From positions 80,645 through 144,644 of the forward strand of contig JBFWNO010000001.1 of NCBI GenBank assembly GCA_050251015.1: a DNA stretch of 64,000 nucleotides. Reading direction: 5' to 3'. A model generated the notes under the pieces. It worked only from the letters and a program-made list of their open reading frames with translations, was not told the origin of the DNA and made no database searches. The DNA is from Planctomycetota bacterium. Its GTDB lineage: Bacteria > Planctomycetota > JBFWNO01. A program made the position numbers and the translations under genes. Below, in pieces: positions 24,047-32,916 of this stretch. The number at the start of each line of letters is the position of its first letter. Within the stretch, counting starts at the first letter, position 1.

Positions 24047-26373
24047 TCCTGGGTCTGATCGTGCTGCTGGCGGCCTGCTCCGATCAGGAGCGTTTGCCCG
24101 AGCTCCCCGAGCCTCCTCCCGGCAAGGCCACGCACCTGGCACAGGATGTGGATCTTGTCGACGGCTATGTGAGCGGATGTCCTTACGAGGAACCACATTT
24201 CAAGATCACCTTTGGCAGGCTTCGCTACCGGCATTTCAAATCACTCGGCACTACCGAACCTGTCACGTCAGACCTGCCCGAGCCCAAGCCTCTCGATCCT
24301 CCCGGACCCCGCGATGTCGAGGGTGGAGGCGGGGCCCTGGAAATGATGACCGCAGACCTCGACAACTTGGGCGTCTCGGGTCCGCGTGCTGAATGGGATC
24401 TGGAGGGCAAGGCCCTGATCTTCGCCTATGGAGTGACCGCAGAGGGCGCCGACAACCTGCGTCTGCACGCCGACAGCGGCATTTGGTGGCATGAGGACAG
24501 GGTCCTCTACATGGAAGGCCATGTCGAATTCCACACCGATGACTGGGATGTGGTGTTCGATTCCCTCATTCTCGATCTGAAGGACGGGTCCGGTCGAGGG
24601 ATCAATCCGCGTTTGGTGATCCGGAATCCCTCGGGACTCCTCGGACTGGGCCGCGGCTCGTTGATGCAGAGCGTGGTGCGGGCCCGCGAATTGGTGTTCC
24701 ACCCACGCCATCCTGTGGCGCTGGATGACTCCAGGCCCAAGGCCGAGTTCCTCACCGAAGAGGGGGAGGCCCACCTGGGATCCCTCCCCATCTTCAACCT
24801 TCCCGAAAAATACACCGGAGACTCGCTGGATCTTTTTGATGGCGCCAAGGCTGGGAAAAACACGCGCCATGGCGTCTATTTCTTCGGCCGGCTGAACCTG
24901 CTCAACCGCACGATCAGGATCGGTAATGCCAACATCCGGGCCAGGATGATGGCCAGCGAAAACTGGTATGAGAAGCGGGGATGGGCCCAGAGCATCGATG
25001 GGAAGTATTCCATGACCCTGGGAGCGGGCGAGGGACGGGGAAAACTGAGCTTCTTCGGCATCCATGACAAGGACAGGGACCGCAAGGTGCCCCTCTACGG
25101 GAACAAAGACCGCTTCTGGGCCCACTGGATCCACCGCGGGGAAACCCGCAGGACATGGGATTGGAATTTTGAGCTCTCGCGTGAGAGCGACCCGCTGGTA
25201 CGCTCAGACTTCGACCGCAAGGTGTTCCGCCAGGACAAACCGTACCAAAACCGTCTGTTCCTGGCCCACAAAGGCCCCCACCACCGGCTGAGCCTGCTCA
25301 CCCAAGTCCGGGCCGAGGATTTTTACCGCGAGGTGGATTACCTTCCCTCGATCCAATGGGAGCAGGTCCAGCAACCGGTGGGGAGCTTTGTTCTGGATGG
25401 GCGCATCCAGGCCGCCAATGCCCGCATCAACCACGCCAAGCCCCGGCATGGCGAGGCCCCCAGCATCCGTGCCCTCCGACTGGATGTGGACGAACAATTT
25501 TCACTGCCCGTTCCCGTCGGGGCCTTCCACCTGGAACCCTATCTCACGGGCAATGCCACAGCCTATTCCCGCAAGGCCGACAACAACCATGATGTCCAGC
25601 GTTCGCAAGGTGGCGTGGGCATGGTGGCTGCAACCCGTGTCACGAGGGGAGTCTACAGGTTTCTTCCCAGGATCGATGCCAAGCGCCTCTTCACCCCTTC
25701 GGTGAGGGCCGATGAACTTCCCCAGATCGACGAAGTGGACTCGCGCAAAGCCAGGGAAACCGTGGACTTTTCGTGGAAGCACCTGATGCGCTCGCACCTG
25801 GGCAGCAAGCCCATGGACCTTTGGGATCTCGACCTCCGGATCACAGGCTTCCCCCATCGCGACAGGGACAACAACGGCAAGGCCTGGTCGGACCTCTACA
25901 AGAGGCTGAACATGAGGCCCCACACCAAGCTGAGCGCCTTCGTCGACAGCCGCTTCGATATGATCGATCAGAAATACCGCCTCTTCAACGGCGGCTTCAC
26001 CATCAACCCCGACAGCAAGGTGGACATCGGTACCGGCGCGGATGGCCGAGAGATCTTCACCGGGGACCCCTCCAACCCGACCCAGGGTGAAGGACCCCTG
26101 GAATCGTGGGCCTTCACTTTTGAAACCCGCTACACCGAGGACAGTCCTGCGGTGTATGTCGGCCAGATCGATCTGATCCCCCGCGACAAGTGGCGCGTCA
26201 GCTATGCCCAGGAGTGGCGGGCCTCGCCAGGGCCCACGATCATTCTCCACCGCGTCTATGTCGACCGCGACCTGCATGATTGGACCCTCAGTTTCGACTA
26301 TGAAATCGACTCCATCGACAGCACCCAAAGCCTTGCGGTCAATCTTTCCCCCCACGGGTGGGGACGGTTCTGA
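24034..26373 (+). CDS. outer-membrane beta-barrel protein, LptD/OstA-like (tentative); start unresolved (ORF-track start is 24061)
   Basis: ~775 aa. SDPLVRSDFDRKVF resembles the LptD SDxxYxxDF region, and the protein ends in an aromatic residue (GWGRF). The in-frame upstream codons give the lipoprotein signal RTLILGLIVLLAAC. Confidence 0.5.
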   Translation: MRTLILGLIVLLAACSDQERLPELPEPPPGKATHLAQDVDLVDGYVSGCPYEEPHFKITFGRLRYRHFKSLGTTEPVTSDLPEPKPLDPPGPRDVEGGGGALEMMTADLDNLGVSGPRAEWDLEGKALIFAYGVTAEGADNLRLHADSGIWWHEDRVLYMEGHVEFHTDDWDVVFDSLILDLKDGSGRGINPRLVIRNPSGLLGLGRGSLMQSVVRARELVFHPRHPVALDDSRPKAEFLTEEGEAHLGSLPIFNLPEKYTGDSLDLFDGAKAGKNTRHGVYFFGRLNLLNRTIRIGNANIRARMMASENWYEKRGWAQSIDGKYSMTLGAGEGRGKLSFFGIHDKDRDRKVPLYGNKDRFWAHWIHRGETRRTWDWNFELSRESDPLVRSDFDRKVFRQDKPYQNRLFLAHKGPHHRLSLLTQVRAEDFYREVDYLPSIQWEQVQQPVGSFVLDGRIQAANARINHAKPRHGEAPSIRALRLDVDEQFSLPVPVGAFHLEPYLTGNATAYSRKADNNHDVQRSQGGVGMVAATRVTRGVYRFLPRIDAKRLFTPSVRADELPQIDEVDSRKARETVDFSWKHLMRSHLGSKPMDLWDLDLRITGFPHRDRDNNGKAWSDLYKRLNMRPHTKLSAFVDSRFDMIDQKYRLFNGGFTINPDSKVDIGTGADGREIFTGDPSNPTQGEGPLESWAFTFETRYTEDSPAVYVGQIDLIPRDKWRVSYAQEWRASPGPTIILHRVYVDRDLHDWTLSFDYEIDSIDSTQSLAVNLSPHGWGRF

Positions 26374-27296
26374 TGGATTGCACGGCTCTCTTGGTGAACT
26401 GGAATGGGCGCCACCTCTTGCCCGAAGCTCTCGAGGCACTCCCCCGCAATCTCCCGGTGATTGTGGCCGACAACGGCTCCACCGATGGCTCCGTGGAATG
26501 GCTTGAGGCCAGGAGCCCGGCCATCAGGCTCCTGAAGTTCGGGCAAAACCTTGGTTTTGCAAAGGCCAACAACCTCGCCCTTGGCTCCGTCACCACAAGA
26601 CGCGTCCTGCTGATCAACACCGATGCCCGCCCTGCTCCCGGGGCCCTGGAATCCGCCCTCGACTACATGGAGGCCCATCCGGGAGTCGCCATGGTCGGCG
26701 CACGGCTCTTGCATGAGGACGGGCGCGACCAGAATTCAGTCACGCCGCGCGTGGATCTCTGGAGCGAATGCCTCAACCGCAACCTGGTCTCCTGGTGGCG
26801 GGGCGAGCGGCGCAAGGGGCTGGACGCGCCGGTGCCGGTGGATGCCGTGGTGGGTGCCGCGATGCTCTGTGACACGGCCGCCCTCAGGTCGGTGGGCGGC
26901 TTCGATGAGGACTACTTTTTTTTCTTCGAGGAAACAGATCTCTGCTGGCGCTTGCGCAAGACCGGCCATGGCGTGATGCACTTGCCCTTGTTCCGCGTAA
27001 CCCACTTGGGCGGGGGCAGCGCTTCCAGAGTGCGCTTTGAAAGCCGGGCGGAATTCCACCGCTCCCGGGAACTCTTTTTCCTCAAGCACCATGGGACCTC
27101 TGCCGCCAAGACCCTCCACCGCTGGCAATGGAGGCGCCTGAAGGCCACGCGGCTGGCCCAGCGACTGGGTCGACTGCTCAGCGCCGGTCTCTGGATCTCG
27201 AAACGCCACCAGCTCATCAAGGAACTGGACCAATGGTATGCCCTCGGGTGCCCCTCCGATGTTGGACTCCCTCGGGGTGCTAGGATGGCATCATGA
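26373..27296 (+). CDS. glycosyltransferase family 2
   Basis: LLVNWNG...VIVADNGSTDGS...NLGFAKANN...DEDYFFFFEETDLCWR. TGATG overlap with the upstream stop. Confidence 0.85.
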   Translation: MDCTALLVNWNGRHLLPEALEALPRNLPVIVADNGSTDGSVEWLEARSPAIRLLKFGQNLGFAKANNLALGSVTTRRVLLINTDARPAPGALESALDYMEAHPGVAMVGARLLHEDGRDQNSVTPRVDLWSECLNRNLVSWWRGERRKGLDAPVPVDAVVGAAMLCDTAALRSVGGFDEDYFFFFEETDLCWRLRKTGHGVMHLPLFRVTHLGGGSASRVRFESRAEFHRSRELFFLKHHGTSAAKTLHRWQWRRLKATRLAQRLGRLLSAGLWISKRHQLIKELDQWYALGCPSDVGLPRGARMAS

Positions 27297-29197
27297 GTCG
27301 GGGCCCTTCCGCAGGCAAGGTCTTCATGAGGCTATTGGGCATCGCCTGGCCCTACCGCTTCCAGGCCATCACGGGCCTTTTGCTCTTGGGGATCACCGCC
27401 TCTCTGATGGGCTTCATGGCCACCCTCTTCAAACCCATCGTGAACATGGCCACCCTGGCCGACCATGCGGGGGAGCGCTCCTGGCTTCGCTTGATCGAGG
27501 CTGCGGGCTGGCTCGAGGCCCTGGGAGTGCCAGCCCGCGATTGGGGCCGCGCCATTGTCCTGTCGATGCCCGAGTGGCTGAACCTCGGTTTCAAACCCAC
27601 AACCCTGCTGTTGTGCCTGGTATCCACCGGTGTACTCTGCGCCCTGGGTGTCGGCATCACCCAGTACCTGGGGTATGTGATCACCCACAGGGTGGCCCTA
27701 AGGGCCCTTACGGATGTGCGCTCCAGGTTCAATGCCATTCTTCTCGGTCAACGCTTCGAATTCTTCGACCGCTATCGGCCCGGCGAACTCATGAGCAAGG
27801 TCCAGAATGACCTTGAAACCATGTCCCTTGCGTTGATCTTCATCTTCAACGAAGCCCCTAAGGAACTGGTGCAGATCCTGGTGGGCGTGCCCCTGGCCGT
27901 CTGGCAGGCCCCCTATCTGGCCGCAGGCCTCCTGGTGCTTCCGGCCTTTGTGGTGCCCCTCAGGCGCTTGGGCAAACACATCAAACGCTCCAGCAGGCAC
28001 ACCCTCGAGATGCGCGCCGACCTGACCGATGTGATGCACCAGCAATTCGGAGGAATGCGCGAGATCAAGGGCTTCCGCCTCGAACGTCTCAGGCAATCCC
28101 ACTTCGAGACCTCCAACGAGAGCGTCTTCGACGGACTCATGGGCGTCGTGGGGGCGCGTGGGAAAAGCCGGGCTCTGGTGGAAGGTGGCGGGCATCTGGT
28201 GGTGATGGGCGTGGTGGTGTTTGCCGTCTACCTGGCCATCAAGAAGGGCTACACCTTCGGCGAGTTTTCCTCGTTCATGGCCATCATTGCCACCCTGGTC
28301 TGGCAACCCCTCCGATCGCTCAGCAATGCCTACAACAATTTTCAAAATGCCCTTCCCGGAGCCATCAATGTGCTGGAGATCCTCGATCATCCCGACACCA
28401 CACCCGAACCTGCATCACCCAAGCCCTTCCCTTCCAGGATCGAGAGTGTGGAATACGCCAGGGTGGGTTATTCCTACGGAGGTGGTCCGAGTGTGCTCGA
28501 GAATGTGAGCTTCAGGGTTGGCGAGGGGCGAGTGGCAGCGCTGGTGGGGCACACCGGCAGCGGGAAGAGCACGCTGATGGACCTTCTGCCACGCTTCCGC
28601 GATTGCAAATCCGGATCAGTACTCATCAATGGCGTCGATGTGAGGGACTTCTCTGTGGCTGACCTCCGCGATCATGTGGCCTATGTGGGCCAGGATCCGT
28701 ACCTCTTCAATGCCAGCGTCAGGGACAATCTTCTGCTAGGCCTCCACTCCGCCATGTCAAAGCAGGGTGGCAAGATCCCGGACGACCTCCTCTGGTCGGC
28801 CCTCCAGAAAGTGCGGCTGGCCGATTTCATCCGCGCCAAACCCGAGGGCCTGGATTTCATGGTGGGCGAACGCGGGGGCTCCCTCAGCGGAGGCCAACGG
28901 CAACGCCTGGCCATCGCCAGGGCCATCCTGAAGGATGCCCCCATCCTCATCCTCGACGAGGCCACCAGCTCCCAGGATTCTGTCACCGAACGCGAAATCC
29001 AGGAATCGCTCGACGTGTTGATGAAGGGACGGACGACCTTTGTCATTGCCCACCGCCTGGCCACCGTGCGTCATGCCGACATCCTGTTGATCCTCAGGGA
29101 CGGACGCCTGGTGGAAACGGGCACTCATGATGAATTGTTGAAGTCGGCAGGGGAATACGCGCGCCTTCACACCACGCAATTCGCCGGAAAATCCTGA
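27293..29197 (+). CDS. ABC transporter permease/ATPase, MsbA-like lipid exporter
   Basis: Six-TM N-terminal domain. Walker A GHTGSGKST, signature LSGGQRQRLAIARA, Walker B ILILDEATS. ATGA overlap with the upstream gene. Confidence 0.85.
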   Translation: MSRGPSAGKVFMRLLGIAWPYRFQAITGLLLLGITASLMGFMATLFKPIVNMATLADHAGERSWLRLIEAAGWLEALGVPARDWGRAIVLSMPEWLNLGFKPTTLLLCLVSTGVLCALGVGITQYLGYVITHRVALRALTDVRSRFNAILLGQRFEFFDRYRPGELMSKVQNDLETMSLALIFIFNEAPKELVQILVGVPLAVWQAPYLAAGLLVLPAFVVPLRRLGKHIKRSSRHTLEMRADLTDVMHQQFGGMREIKGFRLERLRQSHFETSNESVFDGLMGVVGARGKSRALVEGGGHLVVMGVVVFAVYLAIKKGYTFGEFSSFMAIIATLVWQPLRSLSNAYNNFQNALPGAINVLEILDHPDTTPEPASPKPFPSRIESVEYARVGYSYGGGPSVLENVSFRVGEGRVAALVGHTGSGKSTLMDLLPRFRDCKSGSVLINGVDVRDFSVADLRDHVAYVGQDPYLFNASVRDNLLLGLHSAMSKQGGKIPDDLLWSALQKVRLADFIRAKPEGLDFMVGERGGSLSGGQRQRLAIARAILKDAPILILDEATSSQDSVTEREIQESLDVLMKGRTTFVIAHRLATVRHADILLILRDGRLVETGTHDELLKSAGEYARLHTTQFAGKS

Positions 29198-29290
29198 TAA
29201 GACGGGCGTTTTTCCGGTCATTTTTTCGTTCAATTTTCCCCTTCTGTCATGCTAGGATGTGACCTGGTTTTAACCAAAACAGGAGAATCT

Positions 29291-29617
29291 ATGATCAAGA
29301 GCAAACTTATCGTCCTCGGTCTCGTGGCCGCCCTCAGTGGCTGCTTCGGTGGTGGCGCTCGTATGAGCGGCAATGAGTGGACCGCGGATGGCGGCACCTT
29401 CAACCTCTTCACCTTCCACTGGGACCTGAAGACCGGTTTCGGCAACGACATCAGCGCCCTCAAGGTCGCCCAATCGAACGTTCCCTCCGGTGCCAAGATC
29501 ACCAACGTGTCGACCAACGCCCACTGGCGCAGCATGGGGTTCCCCTGGGTCATCATGGGCCTTTGGAACGAGTACATTATCGGCTTCAACTACGCCCAAA
29601 TCGGCGGCACGAAGTAA
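29291..29617 (+). CDS. small lipoprotein (Bor/TRL-like)
   Basis: AGGAG lies 6 nt upstream. MIKSKLIVLGLVAALSGC lipobox; 108 aa. Confidence 0.7.
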   Translation: MIKSKLIVLGLVAALSGCFGGGARMSGNEWTADGGTFNLFTFHWDLKTGFGNDISALKVAQSNVPSGAKITNVSTNAHWRSMGFPWVIMGLWNEYIIGFNYAQIGGTK

Positions 29618-29645
29618 GACTCCCCTCGAGGGAAGAATCTTTTCT

Positions 29646-29688
29646 AAACCCGCGCGGGGGGGATCCCTGCGCGGGTTTTTTCTTTTTC
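29646..29688 (+). terminator. rho-independent terminator
   Basis: AAACCCGCGC...GCGCGGGTTT stem followed by TTTTTTCTTTTT. Confidence 0.75.
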
Positions 29689-29763
29689 AGCAAGGAACCT
29701 TGAAGCTACAATCACGAGGCCGGCCATGGTGGCCGAGCCTTGCAACGCTCTAGAAAGGTTTCC

Positions 29764-30096
29764 ATGTTCAAATCCATCTTGTCTCTCGGTCTCGCCACTC
29801 TTCTTGCCACGGGTTGCACCTCCACCGAGGATTGCGGCAACGGCAATGGCACCATCGGTGGCAAGACCCACCTCAACACCACCGGCTTTGGTTTCAAGCT
29901 GCTTTTTGGCAATGAAATCGGCATGAGTGCCGAAATCAAGGATGCTGTGGATGCCACAGCGGCTGTGGCCAAGGAAAAGGGTGCCTCCAATATCCAAATC
30001 GTCCAGTCAAGCTCCACCAACCTCTGGTGGGTCCTTTTCCCCTTCACCTTGGTGATCAACCCCGTGATCACCAACGTGGCGGCCGACGCCAAGTAA
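29764..30096 (+). CDS. small lipoprotein, distant paralogue of 29291-29617
   Basis: MFKSILSLGLATLLATGC lipobox. Shares FGN(D/E)I and GA..I..V..S.TN..W with the neighbouring lipoprotein. Confidence 0.7.
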   Translation: MFKSILSLGLATLLATGCTSTEDCGNGNGTIGGKTHLNTTGFGFKLLFGNEIGMSAEIKDAVDATAAVAKEKGASNIQIVQSSSTNLWWVLFPFTLVINPVITNVAADAK

Positions 30097-30137
30097 TTTC
30101 TTCTCCCTGCGTTTCATCGCCTGAGAGATGCTCAAGA

Positions 30138-30174
30138 GACCCGCGCGGGAAAACCCTGCGCGGGTCATTATTTT
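30138..30174. terminator. hairpin terminator between convergent genes
   Basis: GACCCGCGC...GCGCGGGTC stem followed by ATTATTTT. The arms are nearly identical to those of the 29646 terminator. It abuts the stop of the minus-strand gene. Confidence 0.6.
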
Positions 30175-30608
30175 GAGCCCAGACCTCCCGCAATGCGCCG
30201 GGCTTCTTCCCCGGTCAATTCGCCAATCCAGAGCCGGCCGTCCTCGATGGGTTCTCCGATCTCAGGCGTGACCAGCACCACGCCATCCACGACAATCGCC
30301 AACTGACGGCCCTTGTTCGACCGTGTGATCTCGGCCAGCTTGCGGGTCCCCTCCTCGTTCAGCTTGATGTCGACGCCATCGACATCCGACACGGCGGAAG
30401 CCACTTCGGAAGAACCGAATAACATGGCTCGCTCAAGGAGAACCAACTCGCCGCCCCGCGTTGATGATCTCACCTTGTCGGCTGAAATCTCAGTGGCCAC
30501 CAGGCGGAATTCCATCCTGACGGGCGCGTGCTGTTGGGTTCCCGACGGAGTGTCGGAGGCCCCGCAGGCCCCCAGGAAAACCAGGGCGAGGATCGAGATG
30601 ATTTTCAT
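30168..30608 (-). CDS. lipoprotein with a SecD-P1-head-like C-terminal segment
   Basis: MKIISILALVFLGAC lipobox. LAIVVDGVVLVTPEIGEPIEDGRLWIGELTGEEARRIAGGL resembles the SecD periplasmic domain. Confidence 0.6.
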   Translation of the reverse strand: MKIISILALVFLGACGASDTPSGTQQHAPVRMEFRLVATEISADKVRSSTRGGELVLLERAMLFGSSEVASAVSDVDGVDIKLNEEGTRKLAEITRSNKGRQLAIVVDGVVLVTPEIGEPIEDGRLWIGELTGEEARRIAGGLGSK

Positions 30609-30614
30609 TCCCCC

Positions 30615-30624
30615 ATGCTATCAT
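30615..30624. promoter_or_regulatory. overlapping divergent extended -10 boxes (TGCTATCAT on +, TGATAGCAT on -)
   Basis: Each box is followed by exactly 6 nt and an ATG (30631 on +, 30608 on -). The whole intergenic region is only 22 nt. Confidence 0.5.
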
Positions 30625-30630
30625 GAGCCC

Positions 30631-31254
30631 ATGACGGCGGTGGCTGACGAGCTCTGTCTATCCTTCAACACCAACCTGAGCCCCAGGGACCTTGTGTCGG
30701 CCGTGTTCGAGGATGTGTTCGAGGGATGGTTTCACCCCGCCTGCCTGGCCACCGACGGTGGCGACATTCTTTCGGGGTCCGTGGCGGACGACACCATGAT
30801 GGACGGCCGGGGGATCCTGCCCCTTGATGGTGAGGAACAGAAGGGGACCCAGAGCTTCCTATTGCCCAAACTTTCCCTGCTGGAGGCCCAGGCCTCCCTG
30901 CTGGACCATCTGGCCCTGCACAAGGGAGGTTTTCTGGAGGTCTCCTGCATCGGCTCGGTGGGATCGGGTTTCCGGACTCTGGTGCAAGGGCAATGGCGCC
31001 CACGATTGTCGCCGGGTTTCTTCTTCACCAAGGATCATACGGTGTTCACCGTCAGCCTTTTCAATTCAGCCTGGCTCCATGACAACACCGATATTGGGGT
31101 GTTGGCTGAGAGGCTGGCCTCACTGGCCCGCTCCCTTGGCGATTCCCTTCTGGGAGCCGTCGATTTCGAGAGCTCGGGAACCTTTCAGCGCGAGGAGGAT
31201 GCCTGGAGAACCTGCTTTGCCGGGTTGCCCCTTTCCGGCAAGGAGTTCCGTTGA
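30631..31254 (+). CDS. hypothetical cytoplasmic protein
   Basis: 207 aa from MTAVADEL. The upstream part of the 313-aa ORF is antisense to the lipoprotein gene. Confidence 0.55.
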   Translation: MTAVADELCLSFNTNLSPRDLVSAVFEDVFEGWFHPACLATDGGDILSGSVADDTMMDGRGILPLDGEEQKGTQSFLLPKLSLLEAQASLLDHLALHKGGFLEVSCIGSVGSGFRTLVQGQWRPRLSPGFFFTKDHTVFTVSLFNSAWLHDNTDIGVLAERLASLARSLGDSLLGAVDFESSGTFQREEDAWRTCFAGLPLSGKEFR

Positions 31255-31664
31255 GGCTCCTGGCCGCCGCGCTTCTCCTCCTTTCATCATGTGCCGCGTG
31301 GACGTGGCATGGTAAGGAACTTGCCCTCGAGATTTGCGACTCGCCAAGTGAAAGGGCCCGCGGACTCAGGGGACATCCCCCTCTGGAAGGCAACCAAGGT
31401 CTCCTCTTCGTCTATCCCGAGCCCAAGAAGTGCTCCTATTGGATGAAGGATGTGCCCTACCCCATCGACCTGGCCTTCATCGATGCCAAAGGGGTTGTGC
31501 TTGAGATCGTCGACATGAAGGCCCTGGATGAGACCCCCGTGAGCAGTCCCTCGGCTGTCCGCTTTGTCCTTGAAATGCGCCAGGGCTGGTTCCGTGAGCA
31601 GGGTCTTGAGAAGGGGGCCGTCTGGAAGGAGCTGGCCGCGATGGACTGGACGCATGCGCAATAA
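31251..31664 (+). CDS. DUF192 family protein
   Basis: TTG start in a TTGA overlap, with AAGGAG 6 nt upstream. GLLFVYPEPKKCSYWMKDVPYPIDLAFIDAKG...VLEM. Confidence 0.75.
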   Translation: MRLLAAALLLLSSCAAWTWHGKELALEICDSPSERARGLRGHPPLEGNQGLLFVYPEPKKCSYWMKDVPYPIDLAFIDAKGVVLEIVDMKALDETPVSSPSAVRFVLEMRQGWFREQGLEKGAVWKELAAMDWTHAQ

Positions 31665-32070
31665 ACCCCTGATGATGTCGGCCATCGCCATGTTGGTGGC
31701 CCTGATGGGTGGCGTCATTGCCAAGCAGATGGGCATGAGCCGGATCCTGGGGGAGTGCTCCAATCTCGCCAAGCTTCTGGGTCGTGATGAGGGTCTGGGG
31801 GATCTGAAGGTCACCCCTCTTTCCGATTCCGACAAGGGTAAGGGCCTGTACATCAGCTTCACGGCCCCCCGTCCACCCGCAGACTGGGAAGCTGGCAAGG
31901 AAGATTGGGTCTTGTCTCAGATGGAGCATATGGCCATCAAGGCCGTTCTGCTTAAAGGGTTACCCGCCCATTATTTGATTCTGGAATCCTCAGGTCTAAA
32001 ACTGCACGTTAAATCCACTCAAATATCCGCACATTTTCCTGAATTATCCTCTTCTCCTTCAGATTCCTGA
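31654..32070 (+). CDS. membrane-anchored hypothetical protein
   Basis: MRNKPLMMSAIAMLVALMGGVIA anchor; 138 aa. Overlaps the preceding gene by 11 nt. Confidence 0.5.
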   Translation: MRNKPLMMSAIAMLVALMGGVIAKQMGMSRILGECSNLAKLLGRDEGLGDLKVTPLSDSDKGKGLYISFTAPRPPADWEAGKEDWVLSQMEHMAIKAVLLKGLPAHYLILESSGLKLHVKSTQISAHFPELSSSPSDS

Positions 32071-32071
32071 G

Positions 32072-32100
32072 TTGAGGTCGAACAGGGAGAGGGATATAAT
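32072..32100 (+). promoter_or_regulatory. sigma70-type promoter of rplS
   Basis: TTGAGG, 17-nt spacer, TATAAT. A 33-nt leader with GGAGG precedes ATG 32134. Confidence 0.55.
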
Positions 32101-32133
32101 GCTCAGCCCTTTTGCAGGGCCGTGGGAGGAATT

Positions 32134-32538
32134 ATGAAACTGATCGACATCGTCGAAAGCAAGCGTTTGCGCAATCCGGGATCCTTCCAGGTTGGTGACA
32201 CCGTGGATGTGCACGTCAAGATCATTGAAGGCAACAAGGAACGCATCCAGCTGTTCAGCGGCGTGGTCATTTCGCGCCGTGGTAAGGGCCTCTCAGAGTC
32301 CTTCAAGGTCCGCAGGATCGTGGCCGGCGAAGGCGTGGAACGCTCCTTCCCCCTGCATTCACCCCGCATCGACAAGATTGAAGTCCGCAAGAAGGGCCGC
32401 GTCCGCAGGGCGAAGCTTTACTACATGCGCGACCGCAGTGGCAAGAGCACGCGACTCAAGGAGATCATGGGCCTTGAGGATGAGGCCAGTGTGGCCGCTC
32501 CCGCCCAGCCGGAAGCCGTCGTCGCTTCGGGATCGTAA
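32134..32538 (+). CDS. rplS: 50S ribosomal protein L19 (with short acidic C-terminal extension)
   Basis: [44 protein letters not shown]...[11 protein letters not shown]. Confidence 0.95.
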   Translation: MKLIDIVESKRLRNPGSFQVGDTVDVHVKIIEGNKERIQLFSGVVISRRGKGLSESFKVRRIVAGEGVERSFPLHSPRIDKIEVRKKGRVRRAKLYYMRDRSGKSTRLKEIMGLEDEASVAAPAQPEAVVASGS

Positions 32539-32553
32539 TTCCCGCATTGTCCA

Positions 32554-32916
32554 TTGGGAGATCCCCTCGGCGACCACGGCGAAAACCTGGCCGCGGAACA
32601 TCTCCAGCAATCCGGCGTCGAGATCCTCGAGCGCAATTGGCGTTGCTCTCTTGGTGAGATCGACCTGGTGGGCCGCCATGGTGATTGCCTTGTCTTTGTC
32701 GAAGTCAAGACGCGCCGACACATGGAGGCTGGTCATCCCCTTGAAGCCATCACGGCCCGCAAGATGCGCCAAGTGATCCGCTGCGCCAAGGCCTGGCTTC
32801 AGGACCATCCCTCCACCGAACTTCAACCTCGTTTTGACGCTGTGGGCATTATCCTGGGCCAGGGTCCCCCGCAGATAGAATGGGTGCAGGGCGCATTTGG
32901 AGAGGACGGATGCTGA
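32554..32916 (+). CDS. yraN: YraN family (UPF0102) endonuclease-like protein
   Basis: GENLAAEHLQQSGVEILERNWRCSLGEIDLVGRHGDCLVFVEVKTRR; TTG start. Confidence 0.8.
   Translation: MGDPLGDHGENLAAEHLQQSGVEILERNWRCSLGEIDLVGRHGDCLVFVEVKTRRHMEAGHPLEAITARKMRQVIRCAKAWLQDHPSTELQPRFDAVGIILGQGPPQIEWVQGAFGEDGC

Noticed and set aside
26926-26933. T8 tract inside the GT2 gene as a phase-variation switch
   Set aside because: It encodes the FFFF of the conserved DEDYFFFFEETDLCWR segment common to this GT2 type, so the tract is explained by protein constraint. At 8 nt it is only borderline for slippage.
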